From positions 70,618,001 through 70,682,000 of the forward strand of contig NC_083279.1 in assembly GCF_963506605.1 (NCBI RefSeq): 64,000 bases of DNA, written 5' to 3'. The position numbers were made by a program, and so were the translations under genes. The notes under the pieces were generated by a model. It saw only the letters and a list, made by a program, of their open reading frames with translations, had not been told where the DNA came from and made no database searches. Of this stretch, positions 63,696-64,000 are shown in pieces; within the stretch, counting starts at the first letter, position 1; each line of letters starts with the position of its first letter. Origin of the DNA: Zootoca vivipara (lineage: Eukaryota).

Positions 63696-64000
63696 TGTCA
63701 CAGTGGCCGGAGTGGACTACTTCAGAGTAACGACGCTACGCAGCTCTGCATTTTATTCTTTTATTGGTGCTGCGTATTTACAGTGCTCAAGTCATTGCTA
63801 TTTACACGGATCGATGTTGTCAGTCGGTTTCAGAACCTCCTAATGGCTTTTGGCGCGTCTTTCTCCAACACAAAAGCTTTGGCAGACCCATCCTCTTGCC
63901 CCTCCTCTTCCTGCGTAATTCTGGAGTTGGAGGGATGGGTCTTCCCCCCTTGCTTGCCCCTTCCTGTCCCACCTGGGACCCTGGCTCCTCTACCTTGCCT
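63696..64000 (-). repeat. 5' LTR (partial)
   Basis: The 305 visible nt appear identical to 58311-58615. Confidence 0.95.

Larger units (their letters stand above)
58311..64000 (-). mobile_element. Intact Ty3/Gypsy LTR retrotransposon, Tf1/sushi chromovirus type (predicted ~5.8 kb; 5' LTR cut by the window edge)
   Basis: Two LTRs, a PPT, and uninterrupted gag and pol ORFs in PR-RT-RH-IN-chromodomain order. Confidence 0.97.

Overview
Vertebrate genomic DNA, most likely from a lacertid-type lizard (Sauria SINEs, BovB tails, a tRNA/CR1-tail SINE, hAT and Tc1 MITEs). I rebuilt four spliced genes by hand. TTF2 (minus): 18 exons, 3' end runs off the left edge. GPR161 (minus): complete, ~521 aa. TIPRL (plus): complete, 268 aa. 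SFT2D2 (plus): complete, 160 aa. The right end holds an intact, very young Ty3/Gypsy retrotransposon of the Tf1/sushi chromovirus type (58311 to beyond 64000, minus strand). It has identical LTRs, a PEG10-like GGGAAAC -1 frameshift with a pseudoknot, and a self-priming PBS. A solo LTR of a sister subfamily (41024-41444) and an unrelated small solo LTR (42013-42213) sit upstream of SFT2D2. The most interesting signal is the integrase tail. After a chromodomain with a degenerate aromatic cage come two protein-conserved 'W-x2-VF-x-PT-acidic/Ser-FLGF' repeats that resemble the TND/LEDGF-IBD interacting motif (TIM/IBM), then a ~100-aa tail encoded inside the LTR. The element is inserted ~20 nt after the likely SFT2D2 poly(A) signal. 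Together these suggest, as a hypothesis only, integration targeting by mimicry of Pol II elongation/termination factor partners.
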